A stretch of DNA of 60,157 bases, the filler included, from Hausera hauseri (taxonomy: Eukaryota): NCBI GenBank assembly GCA_046269625.1. It is 11 parts of 11 records of this genome, joined end to end, with 100 filler letters (N's around TTAATTAATTAA, not from the genome) between each part and the next. Parts side by side here need not be neighbours in the genome. Positions count along the whole stretch, not along the records: positions 10,822 to 14,901 come from JBJURY010773870.1; positions 15,002 to 19,354 come from JBJURY010621442.1; positions 19,455 to 27,550 come from JBJURY010777648.1; 8 more parts are not named here. One strand, 5' to 3'. The notes beneath the pieces were generated by a model, which did no database searches, had not been told where the DNA came from, and saw only the letters and a list, made by a program, of their open reading frames with translations. This document shows, piece after piece, positions 13,180 through 26,799 of this stretch; position 1 is the first letter of the stretch, and each line of letters begins with the position of its first letter. Position numbers and translations under genes: made by a program.

Positions 13180-16100
13180 TTGGAGAACGGAAAAATTTGG
13201 TCGGATTTTGACTAATCCAATATAAAATCTTAAAAGTAGAAGTATCAAAATATAATGGAGAGTGAAAGTGATTTGAAAATTTCGATTAAAATCTTTTGAT
13301 TTTTCACAATATAATTTTCACAGACTTTGATTTCAGAGTCCAACGCCGCATAGCATGAGCACATAAACCACGTACATAATTGTAGGATTATTTCGACGTA
13401 ATTGAAAATTCTAAAACAGCCTACTTCTTCTGCAGTTGGATTTTGATAATTTATTGCCTTTTAAGGCGTTTGCATGTATGGCTAAAATTTCAAACATTTT
13501 GCTACAATTCACGCTGCCAAATTTTACATTTTTCTCTGTTTGAAGGAACTAAGCTTTCCAATACCGGGATTGCTAAACCCGATAATAGGTTTAAAATAAA
13601 TTCCGATCTCAATAAACTGTACATAACACTATTTGAATCTTAAGCCGAGCAGTAAATGAGAAAATGATTATGCAAGGGATGCATGTAGTAACTAATTTGA
13701 CTGGCAATATTTAAAAGTGATTCGTAATATATTTCTTCCTTCAGCTCTTCCATAACATTTTCAGCCATGTATCTTTATTCGACATCTGATTTGAAAGCAT
13801 TAAATCTGTAGTCTAAATAAGAAACACTGTCTGAATGATCTGAAACGTGACTTCCTTTCATTTGATAATAATCGACTAGCGGAGTAGCAGTGACAGTAGT
13901 AAGAGTAGTACTAACATCTGTACATAATTTTATTAAAAATATACAATCAGCATTACAATGAGTGATATAGAGATAGCAAGAAATTGAGAGAGATAGAGAC
14001 ATTGGAAGATGTTAGATAACCTTCTCGTAAAGTCCAACGGATAAAATTCTTCAGGCGGAGAGTCGGACTCTACTATTGATTCGATGAGGAGATAGGGAGG
14101 CCCGGCCGTGCCCGACCAAATGGGCCAAAGGGCATCGGCCACTGTGGGCACCACACCGAGTCATAGTAATTGCCAAATTATCAGAGGAAAACTGACACAA
14201 TATTTATTCGAACCGACAGAATTATCAAAATGTATCAAACCCCATTTCCAAAATCAATTAATTTAAAGAGCTTCACAATGATTAACCTAAATATACTTGT
14301 CTAAAACTGTCAAAATTGATTTCGAAAATTAAACAACAGTAGCAAAACCCGAATCAAATGATTACAAAAATTGATAATCAAAATTCACGATAAACACCAG
14401 AATGGTACATAAACCACTCCCAAAAAGAAAGAACACACAAAAAATTTTTATACCTACATTGTTATCTATTGGGAAGAATCATTGGGATTTTAGTATAACA
14501 TATATATACCGGTAAATTGGTATAATTTCCACTAATATAAGAAAATCATACAGTTGATAGCATCAAGGATCATCATTATATGAGGAGGTAATTACCACGA
14601 AGACTAGCACCAATATCAGAGAATAACCACCAATCTGATCAACATCTACTATTGCAGAATACATATTCATTTATCACTTTACAAAAGCAAGATGGATCAC
14701 CGAGAGGGAAATGGTTTCGAATATTCAGAGAGAGCACTCGGGTAATTGTTGTTAATTTTGATAATTTAGTTAGAGTCAATTACGCAAGTAATGGTATAAT
14801 ATTCCTTTTATAACGTCTCACGAACTGTGTAAAATTGTTTTATTAATAAAATTTTATTCAAAAAAATGACATCCAATTCGACAATAATTCGTAGAAGTCT
14901 ANNNNNNNNNNNNNNNNNNNNNNNNNNNNNNNNNNNNNNNNNNNNTTAATTAATTAANNNNNNNNNNNNNNNNNNNNNNNNNNNNNNNNNNNNNNNNNNN
15001 NCAAAAAGTTTTTTACATCCAAATTTTTTGTTTCGCATGCCTATTTCGTGGCACACGGAACCTCTCACCAATGTAACATTCATACTTTTTTCCATTGCAA
15101 ACTTTATGACTAGAATATATGTTAATGTTTACCAATCGCATTTGTTACCCCTAAGTATTCGATAAAATGAGATAAAGCCATTTTTAAAATAATTTCCGTG
15201 CATGTTTACGATCCATCCGTGTTCAAATCCATTAACAGCATTACTGCCTACTCAGTGCTATTCCTGAATATAAAATACGTTATGTTCTATCGAAATCCCA
15301 GGATAATGTCACAGAAATTTCCAGTGCTGACAATTGCAAATGTGCGAGGGTTATTCCAAATGACAGGAAAATGTTTAATGAAGACATCGAAATAAATATT
15401 CCACATTGCGAATTGTTTAACTACTATAAACTTTTGTTCGTTTCATTAACGTATTTCATTTCACTGAATGGACTTTTGGAAGCACAACATCTCTGATGGA
15501 TATTTGACGGTTTTTAATAGTCATGATGTTTTTCAACAGGGTCTTTATGAAATTATCCTGTATCCGTTGGATCAAAAACATTCACATATCGTTGCAAGCA
15601 GCATTTGAAAAGGTCATTTATTTACCAGCATTTAACGGTCAATCCCCATACATTTCCCAATTTTACATGTTACTGAAAACCATGCGTAAAAATGTTCTAA
15701 ATCACTTTCCACCGGTACCAACAAAAAAATAACATTGGCTAAAGTCTCCAGGCGAATAGATGAGATTAAAACAGAGTAAAAATATTTTTCTCAGAACTTG
15801 ATTTCGCTTTACGAAATATATGAGTCTCGTTTCCAGTTGTGTTTACGAGACCGACGATGAACAATATCAATGGGAAACGGTCTAATACAAATGCCATTGA
15901 AAGAAAATATTACTCGAGGACGAAAAATTCCAAAGCTATTAGCACGGACAGAACTTTTGCAGCGACAATTAAGTATTTCAAACATAAGTTTAACATTTTC
16001 CCGCAGAAGTACAGTATCTACCATCATTGCGTTGGGAACTCTCAGTCGTATTCTATCAAATTTCAGGCGGCGAATTCGGTCACCCCGAAATTTGAAACCC

Positions 16101-16559
16101 GTCGCGGCAAGGCTGAGGTCTCGGCCGCCCATCCTGCGCCATTAGGTCGGACGGTACTTTTCGCTGCCGCCCCACAACACGCCCCCGGGCATACCATCTC
16201 TCCCTACTCCATCTTTCTTTTTCTACATAACAAATATATACACACATACACAGCATTGCATTTACACACTGCAACCATTCATAACTTCATCTCTACCCTA
16301 CCTTACTCCTCTGACTTCTACATTACATACAATGGATCTGTAGTACCTTTCGCTGAATCCCTCCAACTTTCCACAACTTTCGTCTGCTTTCATATTCATT
16401 TCCGTATCCATGGATCCATGGTATTATGTATTCGTCACCTAAAACGGATACCACGGACAAACTGACCAAACCACAGATCCCCATCATTCACTTATCCAAA
16501 CACAGGGCTTCCAAAACCCCTACGCAACACACCCTCCTCACTCATTCATCCTGCACAGA

Positions 16560-19354
16560 ATACTTCTTTGACAGTCAAAACTCCACTCAAACTTGACTAA
16601 AACTGCACCAATTTTGGCTCCAATCACAAAACGTCGTCGGCCCTTTATCCAAACCCAACAGCCTCTTTTTCCACTTACTAGCTTCCATCAAAACTAAAAT
16701 TACCAATATAATCGATATCCTTCAGCACTCTGACCCATATACCCAACTCTATAATGCCGTTCTTAAGCTTACTGAGCCTCCAATCGATTCAATCATTCAA
16801 AGGATCTTTAACGATAACGCCATGAGCCTTCAGAAACCTTCTGAATTCTTACGCACATCCTTGTCTAACCTTAACACCCTTGGCGTAACATCTGAACATA
16901 GCCCAGAACTTATTCGCCGCTACTTCTTAAATGCATTGCCCCTTCAAATAAGAGCTTTTCTTACCGTGGTCGAAGACTTCACGGCTCTGGACAAGCTAGC
17001 CAAGCTGGAGGACAAAACTTACGAAGTACTGCACTCACACGCAGCAACAACTATCTCTGCAGCATTAACAACAGACCAACAACAACAAAATGCAATGCTG
17101 CAGCAACAAATTGCGCAATTACGCACAGGAAATGAAATGTTGCAAAAAACAATTAACGACATAAACGAAAAATTAAACGAATTAACGCTACCTCGACGCG
17201 GTTTTTATAGGGCTGCTTACCCTAATGTATTAAATCAACGTCAAAGACGGTCGCCTTCGCCCGCGCGGTCGTCTATTTGCTATTACCATAACAAATTTAG
17301 TAATAATGCTCAAAAATGCTGCATCGGTTGTAAATTTTACTTTCCCAATTTTAATACAAGCAACATCGCTTGCATCTATTACTCAAAATTTGGCGCAAAG
17401 CACAAAAATGCCTACCTGGCTGTATTTACAACATATACAATAAGACCAACACCATTAAGCTCACACAAAACAGTAGGCCAAACTTACCAGCTACAAAAAA
17501 CTGATTTTGCCACTAGGACGCACGGCAAGTCCTAGCAAAGGCAACAACCTGCAAAAAGATAGACGACACATTTCTTTTGCTGTATTCACGTTGGAAGCAG
17601 CAATCATAACTCCAACAAAGCAAAACATTAACGTTCTTATAGACACCGGCGCAGCAATTTCTACTACAAACAACACAACACACCAAAACAATTATACTTC
17701 ACAAAAGCAACTGTTCACTGCGTCCGGTGAACCTTTACAAATTTTTGGAGTTACCACATTAACATTCACTCTTTCGCACTTCACAAACACATTCACAATG
17801 TAATTTACAGTAGCCAATGTACGAACATTTATATTGGGTTCAGACTTTCTGTCTCACTACAATTTACTTGTAGACTGCAAACGAAGTTCCTTAAAATACG
17901 GCAATAATCTGAATCAAATTAGCAGCATTTCGATGACCACCCCGGTAATCGCTTCCAACAAGACGATACTGAAACAAACGACTTCCGATTTATATTATTT
18001 TTATAATCATACATTATATAGAAATTTTTACTGCGGTGACAAATACGATATTGCCAACTGCGTGGCACCTATTACTAATAGCACAGCTGCAAACACCATC
18101 TTCAACACAAAGATCCTGCACCAAATACCGCCTAGTCACAACATCTCGTCTATAACTCATACCTCAACTGCATCCAGTCACGATGCATCGACAACATCGG
18201 ATAATTTATCATCGTTGCCTTCTGATCTACAGCAATACATTTCTTCCTCCTGCACGCGTTTGCTGCAGAAGGGCAAATCATTTTACCACCTCAATCTACC
18301 ATTCATCACATAGTAACAGCACATCAAAGGCCAATAGGGCAAATGGTCCGTCCGCTATCACCTCGTCGCAGACTGGCAGTGAAGGCTGAGTTTCTCGAAC
18401 TGAAAAATCAAGCATAATCAGAAGTTCCAAATCCCCCTGGTCTTCACCACTGCATATGGTTATAAAAAAAGACGGCACCTTTTGCTCACGCGGTGATTAC
18501 CGCCAACTTAACACCATAACTACAATGGATGCATTCCTTCTACCATTAATCAACTATATCCTTCACAGGCTCCATGGTGCGACCATCTTCTCCTGCATTT
18601 ATTTGCACAAAGCATACCACTAAATTCCTGTGGCCGCAGCAGACATTCTGAAAACGGCTGTCATTACAGCTTTCGGCCTTTTCGAGTATCTCTTTATGCC
18701 TTTTGGACTTCATAGCACTTCCCAGACCTTCCAAAGGCATATAGATACAGTAATATCAGGTTTAGACTACGCCTACTCCTACATTGATGATATCTTAATT
18801 GCATCATTCATCTCGAAACAACACGCCGAACACTTACGTCTAATCTTCCAACGCTTGCAACAAAACAATTTGCAAATAAATTTTTTTAAATGCTCCTTTT
18901 TTCAACATAAGGTCAACTTTCTAGGACGTGTTATTAACTCCTCCGGACATTCACCTCAGCCAAACCGCATCACAGAGCTAAAAAACATACAGCTACCACG
19001 TGCGTCAACAGAGATGCGTTCTTTTCTCGGAACTTTGCACTTCATTCATAAGTATGTTCTACACTGTTCCACTTTAACCGCTCCATTTGTTTTACTAAGC
19101 TCTGGCAAGAAGAAACTGCCTATTCAATGAACCGCCAAACTATTCAATGCTTTCGATCACGTCAAAGACAATTTAAAAACTGTAGAAATCCTAGCATATC
19201 CAGACTCCCATGCAGAACTCTTCTTAACCACGAACGCATCCACAATAGCTGCAGGCGCTGTCCCCCATCAAGTGAAAAATGGATCCCATGAGCCATTAGA
19301 GTTCATCTCTCGAAAATTCACAGCAAAAAAAACAACGATATTCCACCTTTGACC
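16560..19354 (+). mobile_element. Decayed Ty3/gypsy element, CsRN1-like clade (gag-protease-RT-start of RNase H)
   Basis: Gag KPSEFLR..FLNALP..LDKLA with CHCC motif CYYHNKFSNNAQKCCIGC (Cx2Hx9Cx3C) and a second degenerate copy; LIDTGA; ILGSDFL; SPWSSPLHMV; MPFGL; YIDD. Cut by contig end. Confidence 0.9.
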
Positions 19355-19454
19355 NNNNNNNNNNNNNNNNNNNNNNNNNNNNNNNNNNNNNNNNNNNNTT
19401 AATTAATTAANNNNNNNNNNNNNNNNNNNNNNNNNNNNNNNNNNNNNNNNNNNN

Positions 19455-21010
19455 AGCTTCTTTCGTCTTTGATGTGTTCGGTTGTTCTGATGTGTAGTTC
19501 TCTTATTGTGCTGATATGTAGATTTTATTGCATTTGTTACATGTCATTCGGTAAATTACATTCTCCTTGAGACATAGGTCGTTGTTGAGGGGGCTCCTGG
19601 AGGATTGGGTGGAGGATTGCCCTACCCACTTGGAAGGCAGCTCCGAATTAATCAAATCAATCGAAGAAATAGGGGAAGAAACACTAAGTACTAACAATTA
19701 CTACTTTAGCCTAGATGTAGTGGCTCTTTACACCTCTATCCCCTACCAAGATGTAATACAGAACGTATGCCGAAGATTGGACAGCAGGAACGTGAACTAC
19801 CACGGCATAAACCTCGAGGACATAAGAAAACTTGTAGAATCCGTGGTCGACACAACATATTTCACATTCAACATGGAAATATTCAAACAAATCGCAGGAT
19901 TACCGATGGGGAACTGCCTATGAGGAACACTAGCCATCCTCTTCATGGACCAGATCGAACGAAAAGCGATCCTAGATAATAACATCGCTCTCTACAAAAG
20001 ATATATCGACGACATTTTCATGATATGCAAGAACAAGGAAGAAGCCAAGAAAATATACGCGGATATGAACGTCCTACACAGCAACATCAATTTTCTAAGC
20101 CTGCTAGATTTCACTGTCACAGTTTACACAAACGGAACCCACGACCTGAACTTCTACAGGAAAACAGCCCTGAAGGACATCTTCATAAACAGAGGACCAA
20201 AGTAAACGTAGTCAGGCAGATAGCTAAAATCAAGGAACGCTGTAGCAGAGAATAAGAACTCAAAGACAACCCAGAAGAACTAGCCATGAACGACTACTCG
20301 AGAAACTATATCCAAGAACAATGTGAGACCAACCCGAAAAAGAAGAAAGGAAGCAAAAAACGGAACAGAAGAGAAGGACGAAAACGGAAAACTAATATTC
20401 TTCTTCAACTTCCCTTTCATATTCGACCAAGTGAACAAGAATATAAGATCAAACTTCAGAAAAGAAGGATTCGATGTACTACTTTACGATAAGAAACACA
20501 CCCTTAGAAACCTCCTCAGTAAAACTATCAAGGAACCATGTAGAATGAAAACTGCCTCCTCAACAACGACCTATGTTTCAGGAAGAATGTAGTTTACAGA
20601 ATAACATGTACCAAATGCAACAAAAACTACATAGGCAGCACAATAAGAGAGTTACACACCAGAATATCCGAACACCTAAAAGACGAAAGAAGTTCAGTAT
20701 TCGAACACCAACAGGAGTGTAACTCAAAATTCTCAACCGAGGTACTGGACACGGCAAGAGACCAGATTAATCTAAGGATCAAAGAGGCCATCCACATAAG
20801 AAGATCCCAACCTGAATTAAAAGTCAAACAGGAAATCTGCGACATAAACAGTATATTGTTCTGAAGATCCAATGAAAACGAACGAAAAGATAAACATCAA
20901 CAAAAATGAACTCATACAAACACTAAAACCGAAAAAGTCCATGCTCTGAAGAAGATCTTAGCAAGATCAAAATCTCAGAACCAAATAACTCTCAACATTA
21001 TTGATTATTA
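19455..21010 (+). mobile_element. Penelope-like element (RT + GIY-YIG), 5'-truncated, with an inverted GIY-YIG segment at its 5' end
   Basis: SLDVVALYTSIP, KQIAGLPMG, RYIDDIF, LLDF, FYRK; GIY-YIG NVVYRITCTKCNKNYIGSTIRELHTRISEH..IKEAIHI..PEL (about 20565-20865); 19455-19590 is a diverged minus-strand copy of the GIY-YIG region. Confidence 0.92.
20941..20982 (+). ncRNA. Degenerate minimal hammerhead ribozyme motif in the Penelope 3' region
   Basis: CTGAAGA-A-GATCTT-AGC-AAGATC-AAAA-TCTC: CUGANGA core plus perfect stem II; GAAA box mutated to AAAA. Confidence 0.6.
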
Positions 21011-22392
21011 TTAAAAATAGTTTTAATAGTATACTTGCTACAAAGAAAATCTGGGTCAGACGGTAGCAGAAAAATGGCGGTTCTGGGCCCATCCCCTATG
21101 CAGTCATTAGAGCGCGTGCTTGATGCATATAATGTATGTAGAGTTGCCAATTTTGATACTGTGATTCAATGGACAACACACCAAGTCTGTATGATGAAAG
21201 GAAAATGGTAATTTTCCATGGGAAAAAAGTAACTTTTTCCAGGAAAGATAAGCAATAATGTTCAAAACATGGAATTTTAGAGTTTGCAAACGTGCATCTA
21301 CCAATGCAAGTTTTAAGTCAATACGAGCAAAGGTGTGATAAGAGGGGATCCAAGAAGTAACCCCAAAACGCCGTATGGTTTATGACGAATTGAAAATGGA
21401 TGTAGGACAAATAATAATGGATTCGGAATACTCAGTCAGCCGTGATGTCAACGGGCGAAAAAGTCCCGGAAAAATGGCATGAGATCGTATCCAAACCTAA
21501 ATATGTTAGTGTGTACCGATGGTTTCATTTGAGTCAAACTCAGGTATGGATCGAGAAAGTTCGGCAAGGTATATACGATGGAGTTGATCGGTCTACAATA
21601 AAAGAGGAATTTGGTGAGTAATGGTCGAAAAACCGTGAAACCCCTAAAGGGGCCCTATGAAGTACATGAAAAAAGTATCACTGGCACAGATCGAGCTATA
21701 TATCAAATGAACGGGCATGGTGAGCCAAAACGGTTAGAATTTGTCAAATAAAAAGGCGCCGTATGCGGAGAGACCAATGTGTGTGCTTCCTATGAGGTCT
21801 ACATAAGCCACATGATTTTTCGGATGTTCTACCATTTTTTAATTTTATAAAAGTTGCTTTATTTCTTCTACAACAGTATGCTTCAATTCATTTGGCAAAT
21901 TATAAAGAACATTTCGAATTTTTATTCCAAATCTGCGGTTTATATGATTCTAGTTTTGTTTTATATTGCACATTTTCAAAATGATAAAGAAACTAGATAA
22001 TAATATGATTAGTTTGCACAAATAAAATCGATATACACGCCAATCTTAAAGAATCAACGATCATGTTTAATGTGTATTCAATGTTATAATTATATATGGA
22101 TGAATCGCATAAATTGAAATGAAAAATTGGTAGTATAATATGGATAAATCAGTATACCATATATATTTGATAAACTAGTACAATGATCAAAGTAGGAGTT
22201 TAAATGTTGTTTCATTTAATTATTTTTTTAGTGTCAAACATGAAAAATATTGCCACAAAACAGACCATGGATAACCTGATGATTTTCATCAGAAAATAGA
22301 ACGATAATATGCTTTTCAATGTAATGGGCAAATGGAGTATATCTGCACAAAATGCCAGTCTATTAATTCGGATTTATATATGAAAATTTATA

Positions 22393-22546
22393 CTCCCTCT
22401 GTCCGAAAATATGGTAAACATTTAAATACAAACAAACAAACAAACAAACAAATAAACAAACAAACAAATAAACAAACAAACAAATAAACAAACAAACAAA
22501 TAAATAATACAATGTAAATGTATACCATATTTTCGGACAGATGGAG
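22393..22546. mobile_element. Stowaway-like (Tc1/mariner-type) MITE filled with an (AAAC)n/(AAAT) microsatellite
   Basis: 31-bp TIRs CTCCCTCTGTCCGAAAATATGGTAAACATTT with 2 mismatches; TA on both sides (22391-22392, 22547-22548). Confidence 0.9.
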
Positions 22547-22832
22547 TAATAAACATGAACACCACCTAGGTCAATTAAAGTCTGTCTGAAACCGATCAAT
22601 CCAAATTCAATTCCGTGTAAACACACAATGGGCAGCAGTATTTAATATGTCCACTATGCCTTGAACCAACGAATACCGACCTACTTCATTGAATCGCAAC
22701 CGTATTCAGTTAACCAGAATATTCGCCAGTTTTTTGAGTCCTGCATTCTGGAAATTGAGGGAAAATGCGGGAATACTGGTATAATGCAATCAAGGTAAAA
22801 TTTTTCATTAAGCCCGAATACATAAATATTGA

Positions 22833-22867
22833 CGGTGAAACGGTGAAACGGTGAAACGGCGAAACGG
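22833..22867. repeat. 8-bp tandem repeat (ACGGTGAA) x about 4
   Basis: acggtgaaacggtgaaacggtgaaacggcgaaacgg seen directly. Confidence 0.85.
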
Positions 22868-23099
22868 GCATTTATACCACAAATAAGCCCGTACTCAGGA
22901 AAATCAATGGCCCGGAGTTTATTGATATAGAATACCGAAAAATACTCAGGAAAGCCGATGAGTACAAAGAAAAGTGGCTAGACATTTTCCGCAATCTGAC
23001 TACTTGGTGTTCGGGTGAACAAGCATTCACTAGTTGGCGGTTCATCATACATAACTCTGCCAGAATGAGTGAACAGAACAAAATCATGTGTAAACGTAT

Positions 23100-23513
23100 A
23101 AAATTTTCAAGATGATTTTTGTTTCATATATGCTATCCCCACAAAACTCCTTACAGATCAGAATAATCATAAGCTACATATTGTGAAGAGACATAAAAAT
23201 TTACAGCACCCGTAAGATTTCGAATGCATACCGTATTCGCCGAGTATGAATGTTGTAAAGACGTTTGAGCGGATTAACAACATGTCAATCAACATATTTT
23301 CGATTGATGAGTCAAACAGAATCTATCCGGCGAAAGTATGTTCTCAGGAAAAAGGCGATCACCTGGATCTGCTCTTGCTCGAGAACCGAAATGAAAAAGA
23401 AGGATAGAGCCTCTTCGTGTATATCCGAAACACTGAGCGATTGGTTTACCCACAAATCACACGAAACACACCGGATTTTTCTATGCAAGCGGTGCTTCAG
23501 CCATTACCATGAT
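23100..23513 (+). mobile_element. Polinton-like polB N-terminal relic
   Basis: Frameshifted FERINNMSINIF..IYP..DHLDLLLL..HRIFLCKRCFSHY, homologous to the polB N-terminal segment at 57240-57465; cut off by the hAT element. Confidence 0.65.
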
Positions 23514-23515
23514 CC

Positions 23516-26183
23516 TAGAGTTGTCCAGTAAAACTTAAATTACTCGTATGGCTCCAGATGGAAAATTTCCCATTGATAAGTTAGCATTTAATGTGAAAAT
23601 AATTTTTCCCATTTTTGAGGGGTTCTGAGGTCCCTCAAAGCAACGGAGAATATACACCCCCAAAATAGCAAAATTGCCCACATTGATTTGTTATTTCCAC
23701 TTCTATATTTTTTATTTTCATTTGCAAGTAGGTTAAATATTGTTCGCCAATACATTTTGTTTGCCATAATTAAGGCCAGCAAGTTCACGTCACACAGCTC
23801 ACCGCAGTGTCGTTGCATACTCGCACAGTTGAACATGCTAGTGGCAGCGGCTGCTGTAACAACTGCTTGCTGCTGCTCAGTTACTGTGCGTGCAGGTGAA
23901 ACATGACGATTATAAAATTATTAGTGAGTTGAAATCAGTTGACTTGAATTTATGTTGCTAGTGAATTATAAAGTGATAAGTCTTTTTGAGGACAATAATG
24001 TTGCGAATTTTTCGAAGCTGATATTTCGATCTTATTAAAATCTTCGTCAGAGTACTAGTATTCTGACGAAGATCTTAATGCGATCAAAATATCAGTTTCG
24101 AAACATTCACAACATTATTGTCCTCAAAAAGACATCACTTTACAATATCTCACTAAATGTTGGTCCAAAAGAATTTCCGTATTCTATTAGTGAATTAAAG
24201 TAGAAATAATGGCAACCAGAAGCGGGCGTTCGTATATTAACTCGAATGAGATCCCGGTGGAAAAAGAGCAAATTTTATTTTAAAACTGGATAAACTTTTT
24301 GATATTGGTGCACCAGATGCTATATATGAAATTATGAAATGTAGGCTGCCGTGAGAAGAGAAGAAAGGAGAAGACGTAGACTTCTATTTACATCAAAGGA
24401 GGAAAAGGGCAGAAACGATGTCCGGCCATGAAAAAATATTTCAAAATAAGGCTGAAAGTAAAGAAATGAGACAGAAAGCTTTGTACACGCAGTCTGTGAA
24501 AGAGGTGGCTACACAAAGATCGGGTATAATCCGGACAGTCATGAAGTGAACGAATCAGAGGAGAAAAATGAGGTACAAGATGATGTCGAGTTCATTCCCA
24601 AAGTATGCAAGATGAAAAAACGGAATAAGTAAAGATCAAGATGATGTCGAGTTTATTCCCAAAGTATGCAAGTTGAAAAAACGAAATACGTAAAGATCAA
24701 CCTACCAAAAAATAATGCAGTGCGAGGCCATCACAATTGCAGCAGGTAGGCTCATGCTGTCAGACAAACAGAAAACGATGTTGGTTTCTGCAGAAATTAA
24801 AGCTGATAATGGAGATCTCAAAGACTTTGACATATCACGGCAAACCACGCGCCGGAAGCAAACGGCTAACAGGCTACAAATCGTAGAAGACGTTGCCCAC
24901 TTATTCAAAGAAAACCCATCTCGCTCCGCTGTCCTCCACTGAGATGGAAAACTGATAAAGGATCACCTTGGAGCAGTCAGTGAAAGCCTTGCTGTTATTG
25001 TGTCAGGTGCTCCTGATTACACTGAAGGAAAATTGTTATGCATACCAGCTCTGTCAGACTCAACCAGCCAGTCACAGGCTGAGGCAACACTCGAGTTTGG
25101 GGAAATTTTACCCAACATTATAGCGCTAGTGTTTGACACCATAGCCAGCAATAGTGGTGTAAAGAGAGGGGCAGCAAAAGTACTTGAAGATGAAATTGGA
25201 AAAAACAGTTATACTATCTTGCCGGCACCCTATTCTTGATCTACTCATAGATGCAGTATGGAAACCTTTGTTTGGCAAGGTTGTTAGATAAGATAACAAC
25301 CTGTTTGCCAAATTGAAAAAAAGCATGGGGTCATTTTGATCTTAAAGCTCCTATCGAAATGTTACAGTTTGACGATCATTGGTTGAATCAACTGAAAGCA
25401 CGCTTAATCAAAGAGCTTACTACACTTCTGTCAGGTAGTTCTACGGAAAAATGTACATGCGATGACTATTGTGAATACGCTGAAAAGGCTTTGGTGATAT
25501 TGAGTGCAACGCCGCCACGGGAAATCGTTTCATGAAACCCGGCGCTATTCATCAAGAACGGTGGATGGCTTACAATTTATACACTATGAAAATGTTTATG
25601 TTTGCCAAACAGATGGAGTACGATGTCACAACTGTCGACATGCTGCGCAAACTGAACACATTTTTCAGCCTATTTTACGTGTCATTGTGGATGAAAGCCG
25701 GCTGTGACACTGATGCCCCTGTTCTTGATTTACAGATAATTTGTAACATGATAGACTACAAGCGGATTGACCGTGATGTTGCCGACACTGTCCTAAATGA
25801 GCTTTTCAAGCAGTGCTGGTACTTGACACGAGATCGGCCCTTTTGTACTATACCGTAAGCAATCATCAATTACCGACAGTGCCAAACAGGGCATAGCATT
25901 TAGGCTTGACGGTATTCCAGTTCCAGAATACTTCCGATTGGGGAGACCGGTATTCCCAGAATTGAAGCGAAACACATCATTTGCAAATTTAGTGGGACCA
26001 GAGTCTTACACTTTTTTCGCAGTCTTAATGTAACCATCACATGGCTCACCAAACCAATTAGTCAGTGGAACAGCGATATTAACTTGTATACTGTCAAAGA
26101 TTTCGTCTGATCGGTGAAGATTGTGAACGATACGGCTGAACGAGAAGTGAAACTATTGACTGATTTCGCAATCTGTACAACCA
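23516..26183 (+). mobile_element. Decayed hAT-superfamily (hATm-like) DNA transposon
   Basis: Transposase relic about 24200-26183: LH*DGKL, VFDTIASNSG..GAA, CRH, DDY, PGAIHQERWM, WYL, VNDTAEREVKL. Putative left end TAGAGTTGTCC at 23516; 61-bp internal tandem duplication from 24576. Confidence 0.8.
23968..24144. repeat. About 175-bp palindrome made of two inverted Penelope-type 3' ends, each with a hammerhead-like motif
   Basis: Arms pair around GTACTAGTAT (about 24056). Minus arm CTGACGA-A-GATTTT-AAT-AAGATC-GAAA-TATC keeps both core boxes; plus arm has GAAA changed to AAAA. Similar to 20941-21000. Confidence 0.8.
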
Positions 26184-26799
26184 CTGTTTTGGATCCCGAC
26201 AACTCTGTTGGGTAATCCGGTCAACACCCAATCGGAAATGTTAGGGCGGGTGCAGTTGTATATAGTGTATATAGTCGAATGTGTGTTGGAATCATATGTA
26301 TATTGTATATATAAATTTTATGTTTAGTGTTAATTTGTATGGGATTGAGTCTGTTTGAAGAAATATGTGATTGAAAATGTAAAACGTTATGAATATAACA
26401 AAAGTTATAAAAATGGTGATGTAAACATAGCACAGTTCCTATCGGCAATTGGGGAGCGGGAAAACTGGGATGTTGCTTATGTATTGAATGATTCACCATA
26501 ACTATTTCCTTGTTCCTCTGAGTTCTCCCCCCAGGGCTGGGAATCGGACGTCGGCCCATTAACACAAAAATGCTGGAAAAATGATGAATATATATAATTA
26601 TTGACCAACCAATAATTATCAATTCAAAAATTTGATAACCAAGATAGTATTATTGTTATTATTGCTGTTGTCCGTCAGTGGCCGGAAATGCATAATCAAA
26701 CAAGAAAATCACTCAAATATGTGATAACAATGTCGATTCAAATTACCCTTTAAATTTTATTTCATTTTTGATATTAATCAGAGAATTAACTACCATTAA

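Noticed and set aside
15002-16100. Coding-like fragments upstream of the CsRN1-like element
   Set aside because: Too decayed; no motif I can support.
22363-22626. Hydrophobic ORF with LFVC repeats
   Set aside because: Translation of the (GTTT)n microsatellite in the MITE.
26196-26208. GACAACTCT as the right TIR of the hAT element
   Set aside because: Only a 9-bp match, too close to the catalytic Glu region, and no 8-bp TSD.
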